Below, in pieces: positions 1-12,600 of a stretch of 64,000 nucleotides of DNA. Both the position numbers and the translations under genes were made by a program. The notes beneath the pieces are model-generated. The model saw only the letters and a list, made by a program, of their open reading frames with translations, had not been told where the DNA came from and ran no database searches. The DNA is from Nymphaea colorata (Eukaryota), in NCBI RefSeq assembly GCF_008831285.2, contig NC_045138.2, positions 40,548,001 through 40,612,000 of the forward strand. Reading direction: 5' to 3'. Within the stretch, counting starts at the first letter, position 1, and each line of letters starts with the position of its first letter.

Positions 1-395
1 TCCATGTTGCTGGCAGAACAGAAGACCATGGTGGCTTTTGGAAAAGTTGCCCATTGGGGACCCTTTCCTTATCCTTCCGGTTGTGCTTTCCATTGTCGTT
101 GCTATCCATTTTGAAAGCTTTCAAATATCTATCATTTCTTTATTTCTGAGAATAGTCCAAAACCCGTATGATATATTTCTTTCATGTCTTTGATGTGGGG
201 ACTGTTGAGAATCGTCCTCTTACGGACCATTGGTTTGTTCTTCTAGATCCTTTTTCTGAAAGATGATGAATGATGATGAAATCCCTTTAACGTCCACAGT
301 AATTTTCCTTTTCCCAAAAAGCCAAACTCTTTTCAGGGTACATTTTAGCAGGCCTGCTCGTTACTTAAAATTTTGCTGTACTATGTGGCTTGCAG

Positions 396-529
396 ACATA
401 GCAGAGAGCCTGGGTTTGAAATCGCCAGGAGGCGGGACGTGGGAGCAGCGGGCCAAGTACTGGGAGAAACCACCGCAGACCGTCAGCCCCAGGACCCCCA
501 ACCGTAGGATCATTCAGCAGCCGCGATGA
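396..529 (+). CDS. Possible terminal coding exon of a gene starting upstream of the window
   Basis: Acceptor-like ggcttgcAG at 394-395 followed by a GC-richer open frame (IAESLGLKSPGGGTWEQRAKYWEKPPQTVSPRTPNRRIIQQPR*). No family recognised. Confidence 0.3.
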
Positions 530-2025
530 TCATCTTCACAAGAAAGAAGGGGACACTGCCGTGAGAACTCTCTTGAGTTTTGTCTGCAACTCGCTCTCCC
601 TTCCTTTCCCCTCCTTTTGTTTATTTCCTGTAAAGGGATGCTTAAATATCTGAAGTTGGTCACATGTCTCCTGGCAGCGATCTCTGTTAAGTAAATTTCG
701 GTGAATATTATCTTTCTCTCTTCCTCCCACATCACTGCCGCGCCCTCTCTGCATCTTTCATTTCAACCCGTGCCCTCCCACAAGTTGAGCATAACCAAGT
801 ATACTGTGAACCCTGAGCTTTCCCTTGGTGCTGCCTTCAGAAGGCAAGGTGGTCGCTGAAGGGTTCGATTCTCGTGGATGGTTAGGGAGCCAACCTCTCA
901 CCAGGGGCCGCCTATTTAACCCTTCGATACTAGTACGGCCCTTATAATAAGCCAAGGTTCAAAAAAAGATTTCGTGGGAAAGGATTTCCATGGGAATGGG
1001 CAATCACTTGAAGATAGCAAATGGAACGACCTAGGAATATCGCCATTAATCAAATTAACGGTGGGCACTAGCTGTTTACACAGCAAGGAAAAAGAAAAAA
1101 AAACCGTCTTTTTCTGGGCATATTTTGACACGAAGCTACTTGAAAGAAAAGGACCCGACAATTATAGGAGACAATGCAAGTTTCCCTTACAAGATCGCCA
1201 CAAAAATTACAACTTAAAACAAATGAAAATCCTCCACAGCATCCGAAAGATTTAAAACATAAAAAATCCTTTTTTTTGGGTTGGAAATTTTGTTTCCCTT
1301 TCACATAATTCCATAATTGGTAGTGTGTACACATGAAGACTTTATGCTAAACAAGCGAAGATATAATGACATAAATTTTCCATATCAGCCCTTCCAATGC
1401 GTCGCATGTGAATCATGTCTTCAAGTTATACTTAGAAAAAGGTGGCCACGCACAAGAGCCTTCGGAACAACCTGAAAACCTGGCTGTCGGCAGTTTAGCC
1501 GCAGATCCACCTTGGAGCTACTACAGCCATGGGTGTCTGACACCTAGATTCATCCTCCCCGGCCTTTGTGCAACCTTCTAAGCTTCCAGGAAGCAATTAT
1601 AACTAAAACCAACATTTGGAGACAATCACTTCATCGCATTACTTATGAGCTTAGCTCCCAGCGAACGCAGAAGCCGAGGAAAGCACACCATCAAAGAGAG
1701 GCAGGCGCTAAAGGGAATGGGGATCCGATAAAATTGATACGATAGCCATTGCATTAAACTCATGGAGATATTAGTGTGGACTGTTTATTATGGGATCAGT
1801 GTACTACTACAACTTATCCATGAAGGCAAAGATAAATAAAGCGAGACAAAAACATAACTTTAATCTATTCAAAATGAAAAATTTTTAAACAGACAACTGG
1901 CGAACACTCAAGCCTCTGCACTTCATTCGAAATATTGGCGTATAAGGACACGTCCACATAACATGGAACAAGGTAAAATGTGGAAAAAAGGGCTAGCTTA
2001 TTTTGCCTGTATGAAGCCATTAGAG

Positions 2026-5000
2026 TCAAGACTTGGAGGAGGTCAGCTGCCGGAGATTGTATTTGGCAAGTTCCTTGTACCTTTGGACCACACCTATTAA
2101 GCAGACAGTCTGCAAGAACAATAACAATGGTTTTATACTGAGTTAGAAGCACGGTAATAGGAACTCTATGCAAACAGGAAGATAAAAGGCAAAAGGTGCC
2201 ACAAAAATTGGATGTAAGACGGGTCACAAGACCTTGCCTTCACTAGACCTGACAAAAGTCACTTGACCACTCATTGCAATACCAACTTTGGATGTGCTTA
2301 TCCACAGCTTTACCGCATGATTGGAAAAATATAGATGTTGTATGAACTATAAAACTAGATTTCATGTTTTCTACTTGAATACAGTTGTCACAAGAGTACG
2401 ACTCACAACTAAAATGAAGACTACGATTTGCCATGATACATATAAACACACATATAAATATATATCAGTCCTAGTCATGACAGTAGACAAAAACTAATCT
2501 TAAATTGCATCTGCTATTTACATCCATTGGTGAAGAGATCCACTAAGATCAGAAGCAAATGCACCCAGTTTGATGAAAAAACAAATTAAGCAAATCTTTA
2601 ATTAGAAATTTAATACATCCCTACGGATTGACATAGCTAATATTGTTTTCTGCTATATAATACCACAACAATATCCACTTGTATCGCCTGCCACAGGTGG
2701 TACAATAGCCCTATGGACATAGGATACATTAACCGCAATTACTTGATCAAATGACAAGGCAACATGTTCAGATATGCATGCCACTGATGTTGGGTATAGT
2801 AATGATTTTACAGTTGGACCCCAAATTGACTTCAAACAATTTTACTCAACCTTGTTTAAGATGATGACCTAGAAGTGACATAAATATTGTATAACCTCAT
2901 CAGGACTATCATGTGCACAAGCCCCAGTCTCAGTATCCTTTTTCTCAGGGTCATACACTGTATGGTCATTTTATTCCAGAACATACGTACTTGCATAAAC
3001 ATAACTTTTAACAATTGAGGAGGAGTACCCAATTAAAAGAAATTTGGTATAAGCAGACTCCACATATGATGCAGATGTAAAAAATAAATACACATCAAAA
3101 AGTATGACAAAGACAGAACTTTTCTATAGAGAACAATGCACAACCATTGACTGTTACCACATGAAACACCAAAGAATACAGGAAAGACATCCTTGTTTCT
3201 ACATGAATATCCTACTGATACCCTAAGGATCTGGAAACTACAAAGAGAAAACAGTAATTATAAAACAAATTTGTCATGAATTTCACAAAATTACATGGAA
3301 CACCGGCTTCAGTGCAGGTCAACAGGTTTGCTTGGTAACATTGCAAATGCAGAGTAATGGCATCACCAATTGCTTACTACAACAAGTATGAACTAAAATA
3401 CAGTAAGATAAAATGTTCTATCCCAAGAAACAAATGGACAAGTGCACGAGCAGATAGATGGTCAATAGAACTCTCAGTTAGAAAAAAGATTTCATGATGC
3501 TTCACATTCATCATGTCAATTTCAGAAAGGCAGTAAGTGATTAAAAAGATGGTGCAAAATCACACACTGACCTTGACAATCTGCACGACAATGGTCTTAT
3601 CTGGATTGCTGAGATCCACCTTATGTGGCTTGGGAACAGATTTGGCAACTACATCTATGATTTTTGACCGTTCAATTCCAGTGTTTGCACGGGCATCATA
3701 TAATACTGCAAACTGTAAAAAAATGGAAAATACACTTGAGACAGCCTGTGAGGGATATCAATAACCATATTCATGTGAAGACAGTCCCATGACTCCCATC
3801 ATCCCTCGACATATGGAAGAAAACTTGTCCTCGAGAAGTAAAGCAATTACAAAATCCTTCCAAGGTCAGCCGATGTGATCAACACAATATTAGGAGCATA
3901 CTTATTTCTTTTTTCTCCTCCAGAGAAATGTAAACACGAAAGTGTCAGTAGAATAGGCACTGAGAATACCTTTTGTGATGCACCTTCAGCTGGAAAGTGT
4001 TGGGAAACTAGTGGTTTAATTGCCTCAGAAATTTCTTCCTCAGATGCATAGCATGTTAGTTCAACTGGTAATAACCGCAAGATGAACCTGAACAAAAGCA
4101 GCAGTTATTGAAAGATTCATGTAAACTATCATCACCAAGATGGACAGAAAGGAAAATGAGATGCTAAAAGAGTAAGTGAATTTAAACAATCACATAATGA
4201 TTAGAATTTGAGTGTAAACCTAGACATGTGTTTCCTTGTAGAAGCAGCTGTTGTCATCAAATGTTCTACAATCTTGGTTGGACCAGGATCTCCAGAGGAT
4301 TTATTCATCCGGACGAAGATAATCCCATTACAGCCTGAATCGAGACTTGCAAAACGTCTCTAATTAGCAAAAAGCAAAAAGAATGTAATTAGCTTATAGA
4401 TTACAACATAATAATGTATTAAGAAAATTGTTTGAAGAAGCAAGGGCAAAAAGAAAACACACACACACACACGTACACGCAGTATATAAACAAAACCAAT
4501 ATCAACCTAATAAAAGATCAAAAATTGAAACTAGCATAGATCAATACACCACGTGATACTGTGCAGATCGCAATTAAACAAATTGTTGAAAAAATGTGAT
4601 GGACATTATTAAATAAAATAGGTACACTGTTTGCAAATTGCAATTTGCATAGAAAGCCCTACTTCAATGCTGCATCTGCAAGTTAAAACTTAAACCCATT
4701 CACCAAAGTAGACCCACAAGTCTAAACCAACTGCAGAAGAAAGGATGTGACCAAGACTGAACTGGATGAAAATTCAAAAAAGGTGTTTGCAGTTCAGAAA
4801 ATATCAGCAAAATAACAGACTTTAACTTTTCTATATTTTTCTGAAATAAGTTGGTTGCTTATGTGTGTGCAATCACCAAGAGAAAGCTATTACTTCACTG
4901 CCCCACATTTTTTACCAGTTAGCTTGCTGGTAGACAACTGCTGTGCTCTTTTTCCAATTGGGTGGATCAGGAAACTAGCGGAACATCAGCTTACACTCCA

Positions 5001-7097
5001 TATTTCATGCCTTCAGTTGGTTATCTCCCTAGAGAGGTGAACCTTCTAACTTCTAAGGGTCTCTTTTTAAGGTGTCGCCCAGTATTTGACTACAGTAAGG
5101 AAATTTAAGCTATCTAAACACAACCTTAGGTCAGTAGCTGTGAAAACTGAAAGGCTTCTATTTATTCCCCACCACCAAGACAACTGCATGAACGCTCACT
5201 CCGCATTTATCATTTGCAGATTCCTTACTATTATGTTCATATTTTGCTACCTTTATATGTAAGTCATGTGACTATAAGGCTTAAAATGCACTTACAAGAC
5301 AAGTAGCAAGATGAAAAAATCTCAGTTCCACAGTTCGATCTCTTACAATATTAGTCATCAAAAACTCTGTTCATTTTTTCCGTCCTTGATGGGGGGGGGG
5401 GGGGGAGCAATAATGAGAAAAACTAAATCACCTTACTCCTATCATATAATTCTGCAAATTCATCTTCTTGTTGCTCATCTGTACTCTTTTGTTCAGCCTT
5501 GTTAGATTCTGTTGAGTCATCCTTTTTTCTATCAGCATCCACACCTTCTGCTGTGTCATCCTTTTTTGTATCAGCTTCCAAGTGCTCTGCTGTGTCATCC
5601 TTTTCCCTATCAGCATCCACACGCTCTGTTGTGTCATCTTTTTTTGTATCAGCATCCAAATGCTCTGTATTCCCATACTCCTTTTTATCAGCATCCATGC
5701 ACTCTCTTGCATCTGAATGTGCTGTTGTATCATGCTTTTTCATGTCACCATCCAACCGCTGTTTCTTAGCTAGCTTTTCATCTGTATCCTCATTGTGATT
5801 TTCTATATTCTCTTCCTCTTCATGAGATTCAGGTTCTTCGTCACTCCCAGATGAATCAGAGTCGTTAAACAGGATTTTTTTGTTCAAAGGTTTACTAGTG
5901 ATTGTACTGCTCTTCTCATCTGAACCTTTCCCGTCAACTAGTTCCTCAAAAAACTGCACAACGACATCATGGTCATTTATTGTGAAAAACCAAATGTTAG
6001 CTTGCAGGAATATCAGGTCAATGCTGAGATTAATATGCTAAAAGAAGAAGCACCTGGATGTACATGAACATTAAGAAGAACTAAAACAACAACAAAAAAC
6101 CGAAAACACAAAGATCGTATACAAAAACATGTTAAAGATAGTCTAATGAGCTAATTCCAGAAAGCACTAACACAATTTTTAACGACTCAAGAACCACCAT
6201 AGGATCTGGGCACGGAAAACATCGGATGTATTCATATGATTACCAGATGAATAAGGATCCTCGATAATTAACATAAACGAACAGCCTCGACTATTTGTAT
6301 TTTCACTTTGTTTAGGGGAACATACCTGTGTATGAGGTGCTTGTCGCTTAAAAATGTTTATCTGCAACAGCCGCCATCTGCTACTGATGTCCCATACAAT
6401 TACTAGGCAACCAGTAATTCCTTGATTGCACCTAAAAACTATAATCTGGAAGCTCGAGGCAACCAGACTAATAATTTTTGTAGCCTCTACAGGAGACGCA
6501 TTGTTTGCATAATGGCTAAGCTTGCTCCAAGCAATCAAATACGTTATAAAGCATAACAAAAAGGCCTTTTTTTTCAATGTGTTGTGTGTGAGAGAGAAAG
6601 AAAGAAAGAGAGGGAGAGAGAGACAGCTAACTTAAACAACTAAACGTGGAAAGAACCATAAACACTCTCAGAATCAAGATGAGGAAGCACTCCATACCAA
6701 CAAAGAAATACTGAAACCAAATGTGATAAACCAAACAAAAAAGCGTGAATACACCCTTATGAAACAAAACGAAGAAGAAGAGGGGGAGGTGGGGGAGGTC
6801 GTACCCGGTCGACAAGAGCCAGCGCCTCCCTGGTGGCTTGGCGCTCTCGGCCACCGTCACACGTGAGGAAGAATCCCTCCACTCCCGGACGCAGAGGGTA
6901 CAGTCCTTTCTTCACCGGCTTCTGCAAACCATGAACAGCCCAACCACGATGAATCTCCCAAAAAAAAAGAGGAAAAGAGTAGTGATTAGCGTCGGAGGCA
7001 AAAGGGAGAAAAGGCTTACGTTGTGAGGGAGATAACGTGGCTTCCTCTTCTTGCTCTTCCCATTTGCTTTGTCACCTACCTGACCTGCGTCCGCCAT
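2026..7097 (-). CDS. THUMPD1: THUMP domain-containing protein 1 (Tan1/THUMPD1-like tRNA modification adaptor), 7 coding exons
   Basis: GT-AG exons 7097-7020, 6921-6805, 5953-5432, 4359-4220, 4087-3970, 3712-3572 and 2109-2026 join in frame. Motifs: LRPGVEGFFLTCDGGRERQATREAL, RFASLDSGCNGIIFV, RFILRLLPVELTCYASEEEI, FAVLYDARANTGIERSKIIDVVAKSVPKPHKVDLSNPDKTIVVQIVKTVCLIGVVQRYKELAKYNLRQL. Confidence 0.93.
5512..5705 (-). repeat. 39-bp coding minisatellite (about 5 copies) in THUMP exon 3
   Basis: Repeated unit of the form tgtgtcatccttttt..tatcagcatcca....ctctg, encoding 13-aa repeats such as DADTKKDDTTERV / DADREKDDTAEHL. Confidence 0.9.
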
Positions 7098-7359
7098 TTC
7101 CTTCTCTCTCTCTCTCTCTCTCTCTAGAGTGGGCGGTTTCTGATACTTCTGATAAACCCTCCCGGTGCAGGGAGTGCCCCCATTTTCGGGCTAGCTTTTG
7201 TCAGGGCATGGATCTAAACCCGTATCCTTTTGAACAGAGTCCAAAGACTAAAATATCTCTCCCGACGGCTCTCTCCCTCTTTCTCTTCCTCTTAGCCTTG
7301 GTGCGCCTTCCGCCGCCGTTCTCCTTCTCCGCCCCCACCTTCTCAAATACGTTGAGATT

Positions 7360-7640
7360 AAGGGGTTTAATGTTGTAATTGATCGAACTGATAGAAGTTT
7401 AAGGGCTTCATGTAATTGATCGGATTAATGTAATTGATCGAATTGATAGAAGTTTAAGGGCTTAATGTAATTATTTGGATTAATGTAATCGATCCAACTG
7501 ATAAAAGTTTAAGGGCTTGATGTAATTGATCGGCTTAATGCAATTGATCGAATTGATAGAAGTTGAAGGGCTTAATGTAATTATTTGGATTAATGTAATT
7601 GATCCAACTGATAAAAGTTTAAGGGCTTAATGTAATTGGT
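7360..7640. repeat. 55-bp tandem repeat, about 5 copies, in the THUMP/KOB1-like divergent intergenic region
   Basis: aagttt/aagttg-aagggctt anchor recurs at 7395, 7450, 7505, 7560 and 7615; internal ttaatgtaattgatcg subrepeats. Confidence 0.9.
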
Positions 7641-9568
7641 ATGACTGGTTGGCTAGATAAAGTTTGACATAAGTTATGTTCACATATGAAAGACCACCAC
7701 CATGGTCGATTCAATAATGTTTTTATGTTTTGTTGAACATGATCACTTTTCTTGGGTTCTTTGATAATTGTTTCCTTTTGATTGAAATGAGGAGAAGGAA
7801 AAGAAAAAAAAAATAGAACTTTTCATTGGGTGATATATGGTGAAGAACTTCTTAGATTGAGAAATGCCACTCATAAACCTTCTAAATTTGAATGAAAAAA
7901 TAATAGAAAAATAAAGTGATATCCAGGTTAAATACTTGAAACCGGAACTGTAGAATAAATTATAGTAAAGTGTTTTAAACAACAAAAATACAAGAAAACA
8001 TAAGAACATACTGTTGTGGTGTTATAGTTAAGTACTTTAAACAACGATAGTTTCTAATAGTATTTTGAAAATATTGTGTTCTGGCGGTGGTATTTCATTT
8101 CAGAAGTATCGGAATATGATCACAACTACTGAATACCAGATGGGGGAAGTGTTCTTCAAGATCCTCTAACCATTAGAAATAAATAAATAAATAAGGATAA
8201 ACATATCTGCGTTATGTTAATTGTTTTTATATACACATAGGGAGCGGATACTCAATGTTAGTAAATGGTTAAAATTTAAAAAAAAATCATCATTGTGTTT
8301 ATGAGAACCGATTTCTTAAATTTGTAATAATGACTGCTCAACAAAAGAGTCTAAAACTTCTACCTTCGTTTTATCCTTTTGGGTTACTATTCGAGCACTC
8401 CCTATATTTCAACTTACTTATTGATATCTTAAAATATTTGAAACAAAGATTAACTTAAGGTCCGTTTGATGCGCAAGAAGAATTTAACGTGGTAAATTTA
8501 CCATGATAAATTTTTTTGAAAAAATTTACAAGATGAAATTTATCTCTGATCATGTTTAATGACATGGTAGAATTTAACGTGATAAAATTAACCATGTTTG
8601 ATGCACAAACTCTTAATATCACCCTCGCCACCCAACTCCCTCGAAAATATCTAAGTCGTCACAATCATCATACTTTCTAACGTTTTCATTAATAATGGGA
8701 TTTAGGAACTCACAACGACGTGTTCCCTTATTTGACTTAGAAATATTTATTAATGACAAGTAACGGTCTAAGTTCCTCTAATTCCAAAGTCTACTTATTT
8801 AATAAAAGAGTCGTGGCCACGAACAACGAGGCATGCTTATGATTAATAGAACTTACATGGATAAAACGGAAAATAAATACATTAAAAAAAAGTTGAAACT
8901 TGTTTTTGATATTAAATAACAAAAAAGAAAAAAATTGGCTAAAGGATAAGAAAAAAAAAAAGGTAAGGTAGAAACAATAATTAGTTCGAGAAAATATGCA
9001 GGCGCATTGAAGGGGGCGGGGGCGATGATACCGTCCATATCGTTAAGAACAAGTCTTGGATTTTATAAAAGTATAATTGCGAAATGGAAAAAGGTTTGCA
9101 GGTGATGCCCGTTAAAGCCGACACGGACAGATCCTGGGGTGACCACAGTTTTCCGAGACAGACGGCTCCCCCTATCAACGGAACATGGGTTTGAGTCGGA
9201 ACCCACGTCCTGGTAACAGGCAGCCTCGCCCCGCTCCAGCTTGGATCCAGTCGGTGGCCCTCCAATTTTTTTTTCTTTTTTGAATATAAAATATTTTTTA
9301 AATAACAACTTTAATACTAGCTAAAGGCACAACTTGTGTGGTTTTTGTGTCAATTAAAGAGGGGAGATTATTTTAACCATGAAAAAGAAATGTGGATCCA
9401 AATCTAAGGTCTGAAAAGAAAAAGAAGTCAAAACCCGATTGCCGAAAACCACGTTCTGGGCCGACTCGGGGTTCCACCCGAACCGGTCGTTAATTTTCAA
9501 ATGTCAACCGGAAGCAGCCCACAGGACTTCCCTCCCTCAACCTCAACTAAATACCGTCGACGACGACG

Positions 9569-9598
9569 AAGAAAGAAGAAGAAGAAGAAGAAGAAGAA
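9569..9598 (+). repeat. (GAA)n microsatellite in the 5' leader of the KOB1-like gene
   Basis: Run of gaa triplets just upstream of ATG 9625. Confidence 0.85.
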
Positions 9599-9624
9599 AG
9601 AGGGAAGGAGATCGAAAACCTGTA

Positions 9625-12600
9625 ATGGCAGGGCGCTACGGTCCTCTGAGAGTCTCTGCTCCCTCTCCGTCCTCGAGGCTCATCATTCTGCTGACGCTCC
9701 TCCCCCTCGCTCTCGCGGCCTTCGCGTTCGTCCTTCAATGGCGAGGAGGCCTCGTTGATCCTTCCAGTCGATGGCCCGGCGAGCCGCCCTCGTTTCCAGG
9801 CATGGTGGATAGCCCCCCCGTAGCTAGGCCTTCCTTGTTGTCGACAGTTGATTGCTCCGATCGATCCCACCGTGGTTCATCCTCCGGATTCCCATACTTT
9901 AAGGGGCGCGGATTCGATTTCCCTGCCGAGCAGCATCCTAAGGTCTGAAATTATCGATTTTTCACATCTATGTTTCCTCCGTTTCTTCCTTCCATGTGTT
10001 TTTGATATCCGCGGAAGCAACCCCTTTGACTTCCTTTTAGTCTATGCCTCTGTTCCCTCATGAAGGGGTGTTTGAATTATTGCTCTAACTTTGTCCGGCA
10101 GCCGTTAGACCAGTACTCAGCGGCGCTTTCAATTCGAAAACGATGAAAAAATGGTTTGTGGTGTGCTCTCTGTGGTACCGTTAGCTGAAACCTGTGTAGA
10201 TTGTAGTTGTTTATCGTTCACTTGGTAGTGTGATGAAGTGCAAGAGGAGACCTTGTTTCGAATCGGGTCAGCTTTTATGTTGCAACGCGAGCGTCTGGGT
10301 TCCGGTTTCGAATACAATCGCAGTAGCCTCAATCTGGTAACCGTCTGTCGATTATCATGGCTGTAATTTTAGTTTGGTGCATTGCCGGCTCAAGACTTCT
10401 CTGTGAGATGCCTTAATAAACCGGACTTGTATATAATCCATTCTCGAAAACCCATACTGGAGTCTCTATACTATAACAGGAAGTCGTAGCTCCTCTGTTC
10501 AAGCCAGGCACGTACAATGATAAATACAAATGGACAATATGCTTAGTTCCATGTCGTGTTCTTGCAATCTTATTTCACCATTTGTTTGCTTGAAACGTTC
10601 CTGAGACATGCAAATCCGGCGAATTCTTTGTTGATTTTCTCATGTTTTAGTCTTTACTGCACATCATATGCTTCAAGTTAAACGATTTTTTCTCTTGGTT
10701 GAGTATGCGAGTAATTGTGCATGCTTGCTTGTTAACTGCCATATGCAATCTTGAAATTGTTGTTGCTCTGGAGTTCAAATATAACTATGGAGTATGGAGT
10801 TCATAAACTGATCTGCTAATAATGTTAGTATTTCTGACGGATGCAAGATCTGCAAGCTATTGTCAGTCTACATTTTTTCTCTTTGGTTGTATTCCAGCAC
10901 TGTAAGAAGGAAATGGCAAGTCCGTGTCATGATAACCACATCTGCGCTCAATTGCTTAGTCGTTCTGCTCTTAGGTAACTATTTAATGTTCAGCTGCTTA
11001 ATTAATTTCGTGCTCTGCAGATTTGCATTACAACAAGTACATCAGCTGGTTTAGATCAGCTTCTACCATGGATATTCTATCATAAAATCATGGGAGTTTC
11101 CAACTACTTTTTGTTTGTGGAGGGAAAAGCTGCATCTTCAAATGCCACTGCCGTCTTGGAGGCTATCCCCGTCAGTATTATCATTTGTTTTTGTGTTTCG
11201 TTGAAAATTAGAACATTTGAAAGCCTTGTTTACAGGCTAAAAATAAAACTGTTGAAGATTAACCAGCTTTACTCATCCTCTCACAAACTTATCTGTCTCT
11301 GTGGCAGGGAGTGAAAGTGATATACCGAACCAAAGAATTGGAGGAACAGCAGGCTAGAAGGTTTTTCGTCCATCTAACTTCTTGTGTCTACTGTTTGTAT
11401 TTCATGCATTTAACCTTAAGGTTTTGTTGCGTACTGGCTTGCCTTTACTATTATCATGTCTAAACTGACAGGAAATCACTTTAAGAGAAATGCATACTCA
11501 TGCTTACATTAGATAAAAGGAGAAGCTACTTACAATTAACAGCTCAAGTTATCTCATTTACTGGTCAAAAAATATCCAATATTTCCATGCTTGAAGGAAT
11601 AACAATAAAACCATTCCTTCCACTGGGGCCTTATTTTTTAGCCTATAGTTGACCTACTGATTCTGTTGTCTGTTATCTCTTTGCATCCTTTAGTTTTTAT
11701 ATATGATTTAATTTTTGTGTGCATCCATAAATGTTTTTGCCGATTGAATGGTCTTCTATGAAACAATAGAAATCATTTTATCAACAAGATTTGTTGTTTT
11801 CATTTTATTGAACCGCTATTTCCCACTTATTGGATTACTTATATTTTTCTCTCCTTTTCTGAGTTCAGCCGTATTTGGAATGAGACTTGGTTGTCATCTT
11901 TCTTTTACAAGCCTTGCAACTATGAGCTATTTGTCAAACAGACACTTAACATGGAGATGGCTATTGTGATGGCACGGGTATATTTCTTTTTTCTATCTTT
12001 TTCAGTTATCTCTATTCATCTTATTTCTTTTACTTATTGTATGAATGTGAAGTTGTTTAATTCTGTTGAACCTGTTGATCCTCACAGCAGGTTACCATGC
12101 TAGCAGGATTGTTTTTTGTTGTTATTTGCTGACTAGATATGTATAGTTTTTGTGCCTGCAACCAGTTCATCGTGATCACCTAATCCTTGCATGAATTAGT
12201 AATGAGCATGCAAGAAATTAAAAGTCAGGCTTGGCACAGAAGTTCAGAACAGGACTCTAAGAAAAGACGAATATATGAAAGAAACTATGCCGGCTCTTGA
12301 AAATTATCTGCTTTAGTTCAAAATTTGAAGGAGCGTGGAACATGGTTCTGTCTTAATCTTGCTTTATAAATGTTGGTAATATTTCAAAGTGCTGTAGTTG
12401 CATTCATTTTGTTTTCCAGTATCTGTTTTTTGTATTTCAAGCTGCTTTAGAAGGGCCTCAAAATCCACAGAAGATGTAGTGTTTTGTAGTTGAAAACTTC
12501 AAAGAATGTCATAAATCGCATTTGTTTCTTCCTGTAATTCTTTTACCTTTCTTCTTCCACCACCCCTCAAGCCCCCTTCCCTCCCCTCCCACCCCAACCA

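Noticed and set aside
7360..7640. Regular repeat array superficially like CRISPR
   Set aside because: No unique spacers, plant context, no cas genes.
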